From the human T2T-CHM13v2.0 reference genome, Homo sapiens, in NCBI RefSeq assembly GCF_009914755.1, contig NC_060931.1: DNA of 64,000 bases; one strand, written 5' to 3'. The position numbers and the translations under genes are program-made. Shown here in pieces: positions 12,002 through 26,330 of the stretch. Within the stretch, counting starts at the first letter, position 1, and each line of letters starts with the position of its first letter. Under the pieces are notes generated by a model, which saw nothing but the letters and a program-made list of their open reading frames with translations, had not been told where the DNA came from and ran no database searches.

Positions 12002-15000
12002 ACAGTAAAAATCAGTCCTAAATGTAGAAGGGAAGATCATTTAATAACAAATCACAAACCACTCTTCATCTCTATTTGCTCTGCATTTTCAGAAACCATA
12101 GAACTTTATATTACAAGTTAATCAATCCACATCACATCTCTGGAGAGAGGATCAGCATAAAAAAACAAACAAAATGGAAAACAGGAGCCATGTGTCAGAA
12201 TTAGGCTAGTGTCACAGGATCTTCTATGGAGGTGACGAAGCCTCTTCATTATTTTCTAGAGGCAATTAAGCACATTTTCCATAAATCTACATGGCACAAA
12301 ACTTTCTAACATGAAAGTAAAGTTTAGTTGCTGTTGACAGGGTTAGGTCTCTATACATTGTATCTCATTTTTATATTAAATTTGTTTTTATCAACATCAT
12401 TAAATAATTGATATTCTCGCAGCTCTTTTCCATTTCCTGATGCGTTTTTAAATTGCAGCCTCTTGTCTGTGACACCTTCCCACCTAGTTTCTGCACAATT
12501 CCTGCACAAGGACCCTCTGCGTTAACATCGGTCCTGGGGAAACCCACTGTGCCTGCTTCCAAATGGAAATCAGGGCGGCGAACTGGGGCTGTTTTGCTAG
12601 AGGTGCTCCTGGTCATACCATGCAAAACGCCTTGTCTGTGTCATAGTCATTTACCTAATGGCAAAGTTCTTGGACCATTTAGAAACAAAACAAAACACTT
12701 TTTGTTTTCTCCTTGATAATAAATTTCAATCTCTTCCTATCTCTAAACAGCAAGCCGGCACACTAGATATGGGAAGAGGGAAAAGATAAAAGAAGCAATC
12801 AGCTATTGAATAAACTATATCCTACTTCCCAATGAAGGGGAAAAAACTTGGCATTTGCCGGATATTGAGTGTCTAATAACATTAGCAAGAAAAAACACGC
12901 AGGAGAGACTAACAAAGAAACAAACAGAACTTACTTTGTTTCCCAGCACAGTAAGCAGGTCGGCAATGAGATGACGGCGATTCCTTCCTCAAGGTCCCTG
13001 CTTTCACTTTAAAAGCTGTGTGAGTGCTTACATCCAGGTTTGCCGTGGAACTCCAAATGTCTGTGCTTCTAAAGATGCCCCAAGTTCCCAGTTCATGTCA
13101 GACACTGAAGACACACTTGTGAGGATCGGGAAGCCCCGCGGTAGCCCCAGTCGACCTCTGGGTGCCACGTGGCACCTCCACTGTTGTGACTACACACACA
13201 AGCCCGGGACACCCACTTGTTAGCTCAGGAACCAGGCGGCCAGCAGATATCTGCTCAGATGAACGTCCAGAGACTCAATCCTCTGGCATTCTCAGGTTCA
13301 AGGTTGGAAAACGCATTAAGACGAGAGCCACACAGTCAGCAGAATCTGCGCCATTAGCTTTCTCGTACTTAAACGTCTGTCTAAATAAGAGTCAAAGGCA
13401 CAAAATGAGAAGGAATATCTTACTAGGGATTGTGACTTGCACTTGCCATATTTTGAAAGTACTGGTTCCTATCTTGCTCTCTCAAACTGCATTTAAGAAA
13501 CCCTACATCAGAAGTTATTTTCATTTCTTCTGTGAAAAACAGAAAATCAATAAAAGACTGGAAAAACATATGAAATATAATTCTGCTTAAAAACATAACC
13601 ATTATTTAATCTCAACGGGCCAATTTATTTTAATCCAAAGAGAAGAAGAAAAAAAACACATGTATAAATTTAAAGTTTGTTTTGAAAAATTACTTCATCC
13701 ATGTACTGTCCAGCTCATAAAAACAAAACTTCTTCCAGCGAAACGGGACACTTTGACCTTGTTTACTGCAGTGTTTGGAAACCGCTGTCTCGTAACTCCT
13801 GACATCACCGGTGGTGCATTAGCACCTGGACTGCTGTTGGCTGCACATGCTGATACCCCAACTCTCTTGAATCACCCGTGGCTGAACAAATACTCACAGA
13901 ACAGTAAGGATAGTGGCATTAGCATTAAACCCACAAAACTCACAAGACCTTTTAGAAGTGTCACATCTCTCTGTTCACTTATACAAGAAAACAAAAGCAT
14001 TGTATATCTGATACTTTTTAAGTCCCGGCATCCAGACTGAGTACAGACAATTCTTTCTTCTGACCCTCTCCCTGCCCAAGAAACGGGATTCCTTTCTCAC
14101 CAACCGCCATATTGGCAAGAATTTCTGCCACAGAGTTTTACTATTAATACTAGAAGTTCCAACCTACTTTCCACCAATAAAAAGTTCCCACAAATCTTCC
14201 TAGGGGAGAATTTATTTAAGTATATTTTAGAGTTTCAAAGAGCACTGCATTCTTAAGTTTCACAAAATCAAATTTATTTGTTTTCTTTTATGGAACATGC
14301 TTTTGGTGGTGTGCCTGCCTGTTGCATTTCTAAAGAAACAATTTTCTCCTGTAAGCCTGACACATTTCCCTTTCTGCATTCCCCAGTTCTTTTTCTAAAT
14401 ACACCAAAATCAAAGCAACGGATAGTTGCAACCACTGGAAGCAAGCCACAATTCAATTTGTGCAAATATCTCCCCAGATTCACTTCTTAAATAAAACTAA
14501 ATCCTGGTCCTACAATGATAGTGGAATTTTACAGAGAAATTAAAAACCCAAGTTTAATGTGTCTGAAATCAACTGATAACCTTTTACTGAAACCACTTAA
14601 AAACATCACGTCCTTAAACTATAGTCACCAAAAAATATAGAACACAAAATACATATTTGAGCAATTATAGCCCTTGTTTGTCAAAGAGGAGTAAAAAGAA
14701 AAACATCCAGAGTTAATACAATTAATTAACTCTAGCTAAAGAACTACTAAAAAGACCCTCCAAATGCCATGCTGTTACTACGACAACTTCAAAATTGCTT
14801 GAGAAAATGTGCTGGATTGTCAGATTCGTGATAAAACAAGTGTCATCCTGCCTGCTAGGAATTACTTTCATTTATATCAGGCAGCAGAAAGGCTAAATGG
14901 CCACTTGCAATTCTGAAATATTAGGTTGTTACCTTTTGATAGATGCTGTACTCTTCATTCAGATCATGAGAAGAGTTAAAAAATAAATGAATCTCTCTCA

Positions 15001-15666
15001 ATCATCGGAACCCTTTTGGTTTCATTCCTGCAACGATACCACTCCCACCGTCTATCTAGTTGGTACATTATTTTGTATAAGGAAAGCAGCAAAGTCTGAT
15101 TCAATCTGAAAGGGAAGGGCCAAGAAAAACCCCTAACAGTATCTCGTTTCCAAATACAAATAGGTGAGCAGACACTCACTCTGATATTTAAGGGTTAATA
15201 ATGACACAGAAAAAGAAAACGGCATTTTCTCCCTTAAAATTCCTGCTCCTAGGTATTCAGGCTGATTTACATTTTACGTAATCTGATGGCTCAATCAGGA
15301 AGTGAGAATTTTAAGTGCGTGAGTTATGGACGGGAGGAAGCATGTGACCCATACATAGCAAAGAAAATTATGCAGCAGATGAGCACGCTAAGAAAAATAA
15401 ACTAAGCAGTTTAAAAATAGTGTTTTGAGGATATATCGACCCATGAATATACTATGGCTTTTGAGAACTAATAATTCATTTGGACGCCTTAAAAATAAAT
15501 CCCCAGGACTGTTTTAAAAAATATTACAAGATCCAAGGAATCCACGGTGAGAAATTAAAGTTTAATTATCCAAGAAACTGTTTCCCTCAAGTGCATATCC
15601 ATTCATGGTTTATGTTAAAGGCTATTTTTCATCATTATTTAAAGATCAGGCAATACGTAATATAAT

Positions 15667-15709
15667 CAAACAAAACACAGATTGCAGTGATGTTTACTTA
15701 AGCTTTATT
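15667..15709 (-). terminator. Proximal polyadenylation site (AATAAA plus GU-rich downstream element)
   Basis: Minus strand AATAAA at 15709-15704, then tgtgttttgtttg about 25 nt downstream; another AATAAA at 15813-15808. Confidence 0.7.
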
Positions 15710-16387
15710 TATATATATAGTGCGTAGGTTCCTGGAGCACAAAGAAGAAAGTTGCTCAGATTTATCCAGACCTCACATAAGTTTATAGATTTCAAGTAGC
15801 CACTGTATTTTATTACAGAAAATACATTCTTCAAGAGGAAAATGTTAAGGCCATAGAAGCTTTCACCTTAGCTATCTAAGCTTGTATTAGGTCATCATTA
15901 AATAGTATCTGTATCATTCTTATGTGTTCCGTAAGTTATGCCACAAATACCAGACCAAGTACACTCAGTCTAGAAACAAAAAAGTGGGAAATAAAGGTTA
16001 AAACATTCTAATAGGTGTAATGGGCTGATAGATGACTTTATATTACAAAGCTACTTAAGACAATTCTACTTTTCTAGAATACAACGCATTAATATAAACA
16101 TTTGAAATTCAGAAGATTTGGCCTGTGGATGCTTTGTTTCTCAATGCAATTCTTGTTAATATGTTAGTAAGTAATAATTTATTAATACCAATAATAAAAA
16201 ATTAACATGGTTGAGAGCAGGTGTATCTCATAGCCTTTATCAATTTAATGCTTAACACCAAAATGCTATTCATATTTTTATTTCAGCCTATTAAAAAAAT
16301 TTATACCACAGCTCTGGGCAAGTGGCAGGGTGGCGCCAGTGACAGGAATCAGTTCTGCGTATTTCTTGATTCCTAGCTCATCTTCCT

Positions 16388-16411
16388 TTAATTCTTAAAC
16401 ACAAGAGGTAG
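16388..16411 (-). CDS. Coding start of candidate last exon: ATSCV* (phase 1, stop at 16395) or LPLVFKN* (phase 0)
   Basis: cag|CTACCTCTTGTGTTTAAGAATTAA; phase cannot be fixed from this window. Confidence 0.5.
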   Translation of the reverse strand, partial: LPLVFKN

Positions 16412-17459
16412 CTGGCGGAAAGAAGAGACTGTTAGGAAAGACAGAAACCTTTCAGAAAGGAAGCTTAAGGTAGATTAAGAAAAGTTAGGGAAGCTGAGAA
16501 GCATACAATCTTCCAGATGGAGTATTACATGACATCTGTCATCATCTTACTAAACTTGATATCATATTTGTTGACTGAATTAAGGAAAGATGAACTAGTT
16601 ACCAAGAAATATACTCAGCAGATTGATTCATGGCAAACCTAGCTCAGCCACTTGCCTAGACTTTAGTTTATTTAGGATAAACCTCAGAGTATGTACTTCT
16701 CAACTCCTTCATTTTATAAATGAATCTTGGGTCCGGGCTCAGCTGTCAGTCAACTATCTGTATAGTAAATACAGCAAAGTCTCTTAACTTCTCTAATTTC
16801 CTGAAACATCATATTGTTACCTTTTGAGAGATGTTGTACTCTTTATTCAGGTCACAAAAAGAGTAATCAGTAAATGAATCTCTGAGTAATCAGGACCATT
16901 TTTATTTCATTCCTGCAACTATACTACTAATCAGAAAATTAGAGAAATTAACAGACTTTGCTATGTCACAGAGATAGGTGAGTGAACTGAAACCAGACCT
17001 AAGGTTTTGGACTTTCCCAGGCTAGGACTCTTTTTCACTATGTGCTGCCTTACAACTGTCACCTGAGGTTCGAGTAACTCTCCAACTAGCCAAGCCCTGG
17101 CTACTTATCCTAATCATGGAAAAGTCAAACAGTCAGGATCCAGAGACCCTCGCTCTGTGCCACCTTCTTCTTAACTCACAGGCCCACTGACCCTCACTGC
17201 TGCTGTGGGCTGCTCCCACCAGCCCGTGCTGAGCCTCCTACCTCATCTGCGAGGAGACAGGGCAAGTTCCAGCCTGAGGGGCATGGCTTCTGAGATGGTT
17301 CCAGTCCCTCTTCCTGGCTCGTTCCTTCCACTGGTACTCACAGCTTCCTCATTTTTCCTAATGGGAAAATCAAAGCACTAAAATAAGAAAAATCACTTGT
17401 TTTGGTTCATGTCACAGCTATACTGGGATTCTGAATAAACACAAGAACCAGATAATATT

Positions 17460-18560
17460 CTAGAAAAAGTAAAATTAACTCCTACTTCATAAGATTCACC
17501 AGAATTAATTCTGTGGAGATTAAAGAGCTAAATATAAAAGGAAAAAAAAAAAGGAAGAAAACTAAATTAGTAGAAAATTATTTCTGAATTTGGAATGGGA
17601 AAAGAAGATTTAGCTTTATAGAAGCAATGAAAAAAGTAACAAAAGGCAATGTAATCCAACTGCAACAAAATTTAAAACCCCTATATGTCAAAAAACAGCA
17701 AACAGAATTGAAAGGTAAGCAAAAAAAGGCCAGGTGTGTTGGCTCACACCTGTAATCCCACCACTCTGGGAGGCTGAGGCAGGAGGATTGCTCAAGGCTT
17801 GGAGACCAGCCTGGGCAATGTAGTGAGATCCTGTTCCTACAAAAAAATTTAAAAACTAGCAAGACATGGTGGCACATATGTGTGGTCCTAGCAGAGGCCA
17901 GGGTTGGAGGATCACTTGAGCCCAGGAGTTCCAGGCTGCAGTGAGCTATGGTTGCATCATTGCATTCCAGCCCGGGTGACAGAGGGAGGCCTTGTCTCTA
18001 AATAAATAAAAAGGTAAGCAAAAAATAAAATAGCTGTAACAGGATAATATTCTGTATAGTATTTGAATGTAAAAGGTAAAATGTAATAACAGACAATTCA
18101 CACAAAAATATAAAAGGCCAATTAATATGAAAAAAAATGCTCGATTTCATGAGCAAACACCGAAATTCATTTCACCAATCACAAAGATGGACAACAAAAA
18201 AAGGAAAGCTCATGAAGTGAGGTGAGACAACCATTTGAGGAAATTAGCAATATATGTATTTTTTCAGCCTTAAAACTGTTTTGACTCCTAAGATGTTTAT
18301 AAATATCTCCTAAGGAAATAATCGTAGATACATAGGAAGATAACTATGGCAAGGACATACTTAGCAAAAGCATAAAATCGGGAACAACTTAAACATCCAA
18401 AGATGGAATGGAGCATGTGACTAAACAGATCACAGTAAAAATTCGTACGCTTAAATCATGATTTTTGAAGAATGCTTCATGATACTGGAAATGACAAAAT
18501 ATAATATTGGGTGCAAATGCTGAATATAAAATCATACATAAACATGATACTAATGTTGCC
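17460..18560 (+). mobile_element. Old L1M fragment interrupted by an Alu
   Basis: L1 ORF2/3'-like gagattaaagagctaaatataaaag...ggccaattaatatgaaaaaaaatgctc. Confidence 0.55.
17728..18010 (+). mobile_element. Alu (AluJ-like)
   Basis: Both arms; TSD aaaggtaagcaaaaaa. Confidence 0.92.
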
Positions 18561-18820
18561 AGGTAAGAAAGAAAGTGAAGAAGAAGGGAGGGACAAGCTG
18601 GTCTCCAGACTGGATTAGGATACATTAAAAAAGCTTAAAAAGGGCAGACGGAGACATTAGATTTTTTATTACTTCTTTATAATCTTGAGATGGTTGGCAT
18701 TTTCTGTAATATATTGTTTTTATAACTGGAAAAATTCTATTTATGCTAATTACCACCCTCTAAATATTTCTCAGCTTTATAAAATCATGAAAATATTTGC
18801 AAATACTTTTGAACAAGAAA

Positions 18821-18961
18821 TTTTTTTTTTTTTTGAGATGGGGTCTTCAGGGGGAGTGCAATGGTACAATCATAGCTCACTGTAACCTTGAACTCCTGGG
18901 CTCAAACTATCCTCCCATCTCAATCTCCCAGCTACTCAGGTATGAACTACCACACCCAGCC
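18821..18961 (-). mobile_element. Alu monomer (FLAM/FRAM-like)
   Basis: T-tail plus single arm gagatggggtct...aactcctgggctcaa...cacacccagcc. Confidence 0.8.
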
Positions 18962-19575
18962 AGAAATTCTTATATTTATTATTAAATGCAAAGAAGAAGG
19001 TGCAAAACAATGTGATCTTTACTATGTAAAAATTTACATGAAAGAGACTGGAAGCCTATGCATCAGAATGTTAATAGTTGTTGCTTTTAGGTAGTGCCAT
19101 TGTGTGTAATACTTTTCTACACCTTACAAATTTTCTGTGATTGTCATATATTGTTTTCATAATAAGAAACAGATAACAGTTTCACAATTAGAGGACTAAT
19201 ACATCAAGAAGCTACTATTATCAACAGTTAAATTTCAAAATACAGAGTATCGATAGCTACAAAAATTTGCCCTATGACCAAGAGATTTTTTTTAATTTAG
19301 GAACCACTGGTATACCTTCAGAAAACAGTAGGAATTGGTGTGTGTGTAGGAGGTGATAATGAATCATATTTTTTTTTTTAGCTGTCAAACTGTTTTCTCC
19401 AGGCAGCAGTTCTGTGAGGTCCAACTGAAGTATGAGAACCTTGATAGTAGGGACATTACCAGAAAAATGGCCCAAAGGTCGATGGGGGGAGGAACAGTAA
19501 ATGATCAAAAGAGTAAGGCAAGAGTCCATGAAAACAGAAGCGTCAATAGAGAAGGATCAATAACTTATTTGATCC

Positions 19576-20130
19576 AAAGGAACTGAAAGCAGGAACTAAA
19601 ACAGGTATTTGTACACCCACGTCCCTAACAGCATTATTCACAACAGCCAAAACATGAGAGCAACCTGTGTCCATCAACCCGTGTCCATCACATGGATATA
19701 TAAAATGTGGCATATCTACATGGCGGAATATTATTCAGCCTTAAAAAGCAAAGAAATCATGTCAATGCTACAATGTTGTTGTAATCCTACAACATTAGAC
19801 GAACCTTGAGGACATTGTGCTAAGTGAAATAAGCCAGTCACAAAAGGACAAATACTGTAGGGTTTCACTTATTTGAGGTACCTAGAATAGTCAAATTCAA
19901 AGAAACAGAAAGTACAATGATGGTTTTCAGGGGAGCTGGGGGGAGGAGGGAATGGGGAGTTGTTGTTTAATGAGGACAGAGTTTCTGTTTTGCAAAATGA
20001 AAAGATTCCAGAGATGGATGATGGTGATGGGTGCACAACAACATGAATGTATTTAATGCCAATGACCTGTGTACTTAAACATGGTTAAGATGGTAATTTT
20101 TCTGTTACATATTTTACCACGATTAAAATA
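19576..20130 (+). mobile_element. L1MB-type 3' end
   Basis: gcattattcacaacagccaaaa...gagatggatgatggtgatgggtgcacaacaacatgaatgtatttaatgcca...ttttaccacgattaaaa. Confidence 0.85.
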
Positions 20131-20679
20131 TATACATATATATTTTAAGTATCTGTATTTACATATAGATATAGTCTTATCTGTGTGTATGTGTATATAT
20201 ATATATATTTCATCTATAAATATATGAAAGAAAGAAAGAAACCATCAGAATTAGAAGTCCTGAATAAGTTTCCGATTTGGAATGCAAGAAAGGTTTAGGA
20301 GTGTCAATGATGCAAGCATCAAATGACCTTATTTCTGAGACTAAATTCTTTAAATATAAATTATAGAAGTCAGCTCAGAAGTGAAAATCCAGATCAAAAG
20401 TGAAAATAAGAAGGGATACTGTGTGTAATTTGAACATAATATACCAAACTTCTTTGTGGTTTTTTTTTGAGACCCTCTCATAATAGCCAGCTTGGAAAAA
20501 TTCCCCACAACTAGGAAAGAACCTACAAATCCAAGCAACATGATGACATTTTCTCATCAACAGGAAAAAACATAAGCATAAGGGAAACTCTGAGTGTCCT
20601 TAAAATGTACTCGATACCCATTTTGTGCTATTACCACAGATTTAAAGAATTCTAGAGCTGGACAGAAGCTCTCAGATAG

Positions 20680-21124
<445 letters not shown>

Positions 21125-21169
21125 TAAAGGTAAGAAAGCAAGTGTAATTGGAAGGCTCTTTCTACAAGT

Positions 21170-23185
<2,016 letters not shown>

Positions 23186-23208
23186 TAAGAACATAAACAA
23201 AACCGTGA

Positions 23209-23270
23209 CTATGCTGAGCAGGGCCTTGGGAGAAGTCGCATCTTCCACACAGTGAGATCCGGGAAGTCAG
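23209..23270 (-). CDS. Weak candidate alternative terminal exon (phase 1: ADFPDLTVWKMRLLPRPCSA*)
   Basis: Acceptor gtcacttactacag with a poor pyrimidine tract; motif-only. Confidence 0.2.
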
Positions 23271-24059
23271 CTGTAGTAAGTGACATCAATTTTCTGTAGG
23301 CCTTCATCGCATATGTACAACAAAGACAATGGTCTACACAGAACACGATGGCCCCCCATGACAACGTGCAGCACAATCCGTCTTCATTCTATAGTCAAAC
23401 CCAGTCTGTCTGTGCAACCCAAATGGGGGATTTTGACGGAAATTACATCATTAGTAACAGACCTTCATGTTTGGTCTGAGCCAGATTTTGTTTCTGGTGC
23501 TGTCAACCCTACTAAATGTGGGCAGGTGATCACAGTCCAGGCTCTTCCTGGCTGCCCGGGTGATGGTGGGAAGCTGAGTGGGGAGAGGCCTGTCCTGGCC
23601 ACTTCTCCCAGGCTCGGCTCTCCTTCCCGCTTTTGCCAGGAAACTGCTAGAGAAAGCAGAAACAGGGGCCAGGAGCTGAGCACAAAGATACAAGTCCAAA
23701 CACAGGCTTGGGAAGGTGGTATTTCAAATGAGTGGAGAGGACGACGTAAACTTGAAATGCGTTTCCTTGCAAAGTCCTTTTGTAGAGACAAATAATTCTG
23801 GTAATGAATATGAAGCATCCCCGGGTATTTTCAGAGCATGCATTTCCCAAGGAGCTCAAAAGAAAACACTTTAATTCTATATCCTTTTGAGAGAATGGGA
23901 ATTAAATAACAAAACGTGACCGATTCAGCCAAATGGGGAGTCTATTATGAAGAGTGAGACAGCTGAATCACAGCAGAGTGGAATGCACTTTTGCTTTATA
24001 TGTTTTTCCTTTACTCATTCCTTTTTTGGTGTTCCTTTATTATAAAGTTAATATATTAT

Positions 24060-24270
24060 TACCAGCCAGCAGTTACATAGTGCTCACTATGAACCAGGCA
24101 CAGCTCTAAGCCTTTTGTATACTTTAACCCAAACCATGAGGCACGTACTCTTATTCTCCCCATTTAGGGAGAGAGACAAGAACGTCGATTCCTTCGCCGG
24201 TGTTCAGTTGCAGAGCTGGTATTCCAATCCAGGCAGCCCAGCCTCAGAGTCCCGCGCTAATCACTTCCCT
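24060..24270 (-). mobile_element. MIR remnant
   Basis: tgctcactatgaaccaggcacagctctaag...ccccattt...gcagagctggtattccaatccaggcag. Confidence 0.7.
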
Positions 24271-25361
24271 ATACCACCACACCATGAAAGCACCAAATTC
24301 AAAGTCCTAAAATTTAGGGTATCAAAAGAGAGCATCACCATTTACTGTACCTTTCTAACAGAATAATTTGGGTGCATTTCCTACTCTATTCAGCCTTTGG
24401 TTTCCAAATCAAGGAATCTTTTAAAAGAAAGAAAGTTCTATATTCAAATAAATATGCTCAACCAAACCGTTTACAAAAACCTTTCCAAGTAGAGATTCTA
24501 CTCATAGACAAGGCTTCTTTAAAATCAGATCTACTTTTGCATACAATATACTTGTTATTAAAACAATTTTTTCCTTTACAAGCATCTTTACATTATGAAA
24601 AACATCTTTCTTAAGAGTATTTATTTTTTGTCTGGCCCACATTTCATTATAATAAGTTCCAAATCACTCATTTTTGAATCCACACATATCCAAGTTTTCA
24701 GATAAGAAAAGTGAAGTTAATTTTGTTCTTCTTGAAGTCGCCTGCAGGCTCAGGCTAGATCTCACTTTTTATGGTCTATTTCTGTGCAGATAAGAACATC
24801 ACATTTAACATGGGAATGTTGGAACTTCTGGAGGCTTCAGCAGGGTTAGCTTCAAAAAACAAGCAAAAAATGCCTCCCACCACATACAGCTTCTATCAGT
24901 GATCTTTGACATAAATGTTTCACGATATAGAAGTTAAAGAGTATGCCAGTCACTTGAGGGTTGACCAATGTGAACTGTTATTTCCTAGACTTGAGTACAT
25001 GCCGCATGTGGTCTATATAAACATTCTTTAAGTTCCTTTGAAATAGACCCACACATATATGGAAAACTGATTTTCAAGAAAGGCGCCAAAGCAATTCAAT
25101 GGAAAAAGGAAAGTCTTTCCAACAATCCATGTTAGAACAACTGGGAAAATGTATGCAAAAATATGAACCTTGACTTCTACTTAACCCCATATATAAAAAT
25201 CAACTGGAGATAGATCATAAACTAAAGCATAAAAGCTAAAGCTATAAGTCTTCTAACAGAAGGCACAGAGAAATATCTGCACAATCCTGGGGAGGCAGAT
25301 TACTTAGGAAACAAAAAATACAGATAATATAGAAATCTTTGTTTTAATTTTTAAAAATATA

Positions 25362-25460
25362 TTTTATTTTTTTGTAGAGAGTTGAGGTCTTGCTATGTTA
25401 CCTAAGCTGCTCTCAAACTCCTGGGCTCAAGCGATCTTCCCCTGCCTTGGCCTCGCAAAG
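25362..25460 (-). mobile_element. FLAM/Alu left-arm fragment
   Basis: ttttgtagaga...tcttgctatgtt...aactcctgggctcaagcgatc. Confidence 0.75.
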
Positions 25461-25982
25461 GAAAAACATTTTTGATCAATGAAATTATTTCAAAGTTAAA
25501 ACCTTCTGCTCATCAAAAGACACTTTTAAAAAACAGCAGGTAGACCATAGACTGGCAAAATATTTGCATTATAAACTTCTGACAAGAATATTTTATTCAG
25601 AATATGTATAACATTCCTACCAACCAAAATAATAAGACAATCCAATTTTAAAACAGGCAAAAGAAAAACAGACTCAAACGACTTGAACAGACACTTCAAA
25701 AGGGAAGATACACAAATGGCCAATAAGTATATGTGATTCATCTAGAAAATGCAAATTGAAAACTACAATGAGATACTACTTCATATCCAAGAGAACGACT
25801 ATAAGTAGAAAAACCAGCAATATACAATGTTAAGATACCTGGTCACCTGGAACTTTCATAAATTGCTTGTTGGAGTGTAAAATGGTACGATTACTTTGGA
25901 AAATGACCTGGCAGTTTCTTACAGAGGTACACATACACCTAGTGTACGGTGCAGCAATTAAACCTAAAAAAGAGTGAGAGTG

Positions 25983-26330
<348 letters not shown>

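Larger units (their letters stand above)
10025..16411 (-). other. Candidate terminal exon with long (up to ~6.4 kb) 3' UTR of an unidentified minus-strand gene
   Basis: Acceptor ctttcctaacagtctcttctttccgccag with CTAAC branch motif; early stops in all frames; no recognisable Alu/L1 over ~7 kb; poly(A) signals at both ends. Confidence 0.65.

Noticed and set aside
11680-12021. ORF with a poly-lysine run
   Set aside because: Artefact of translating the A49 tract, antisense to the putative gene.
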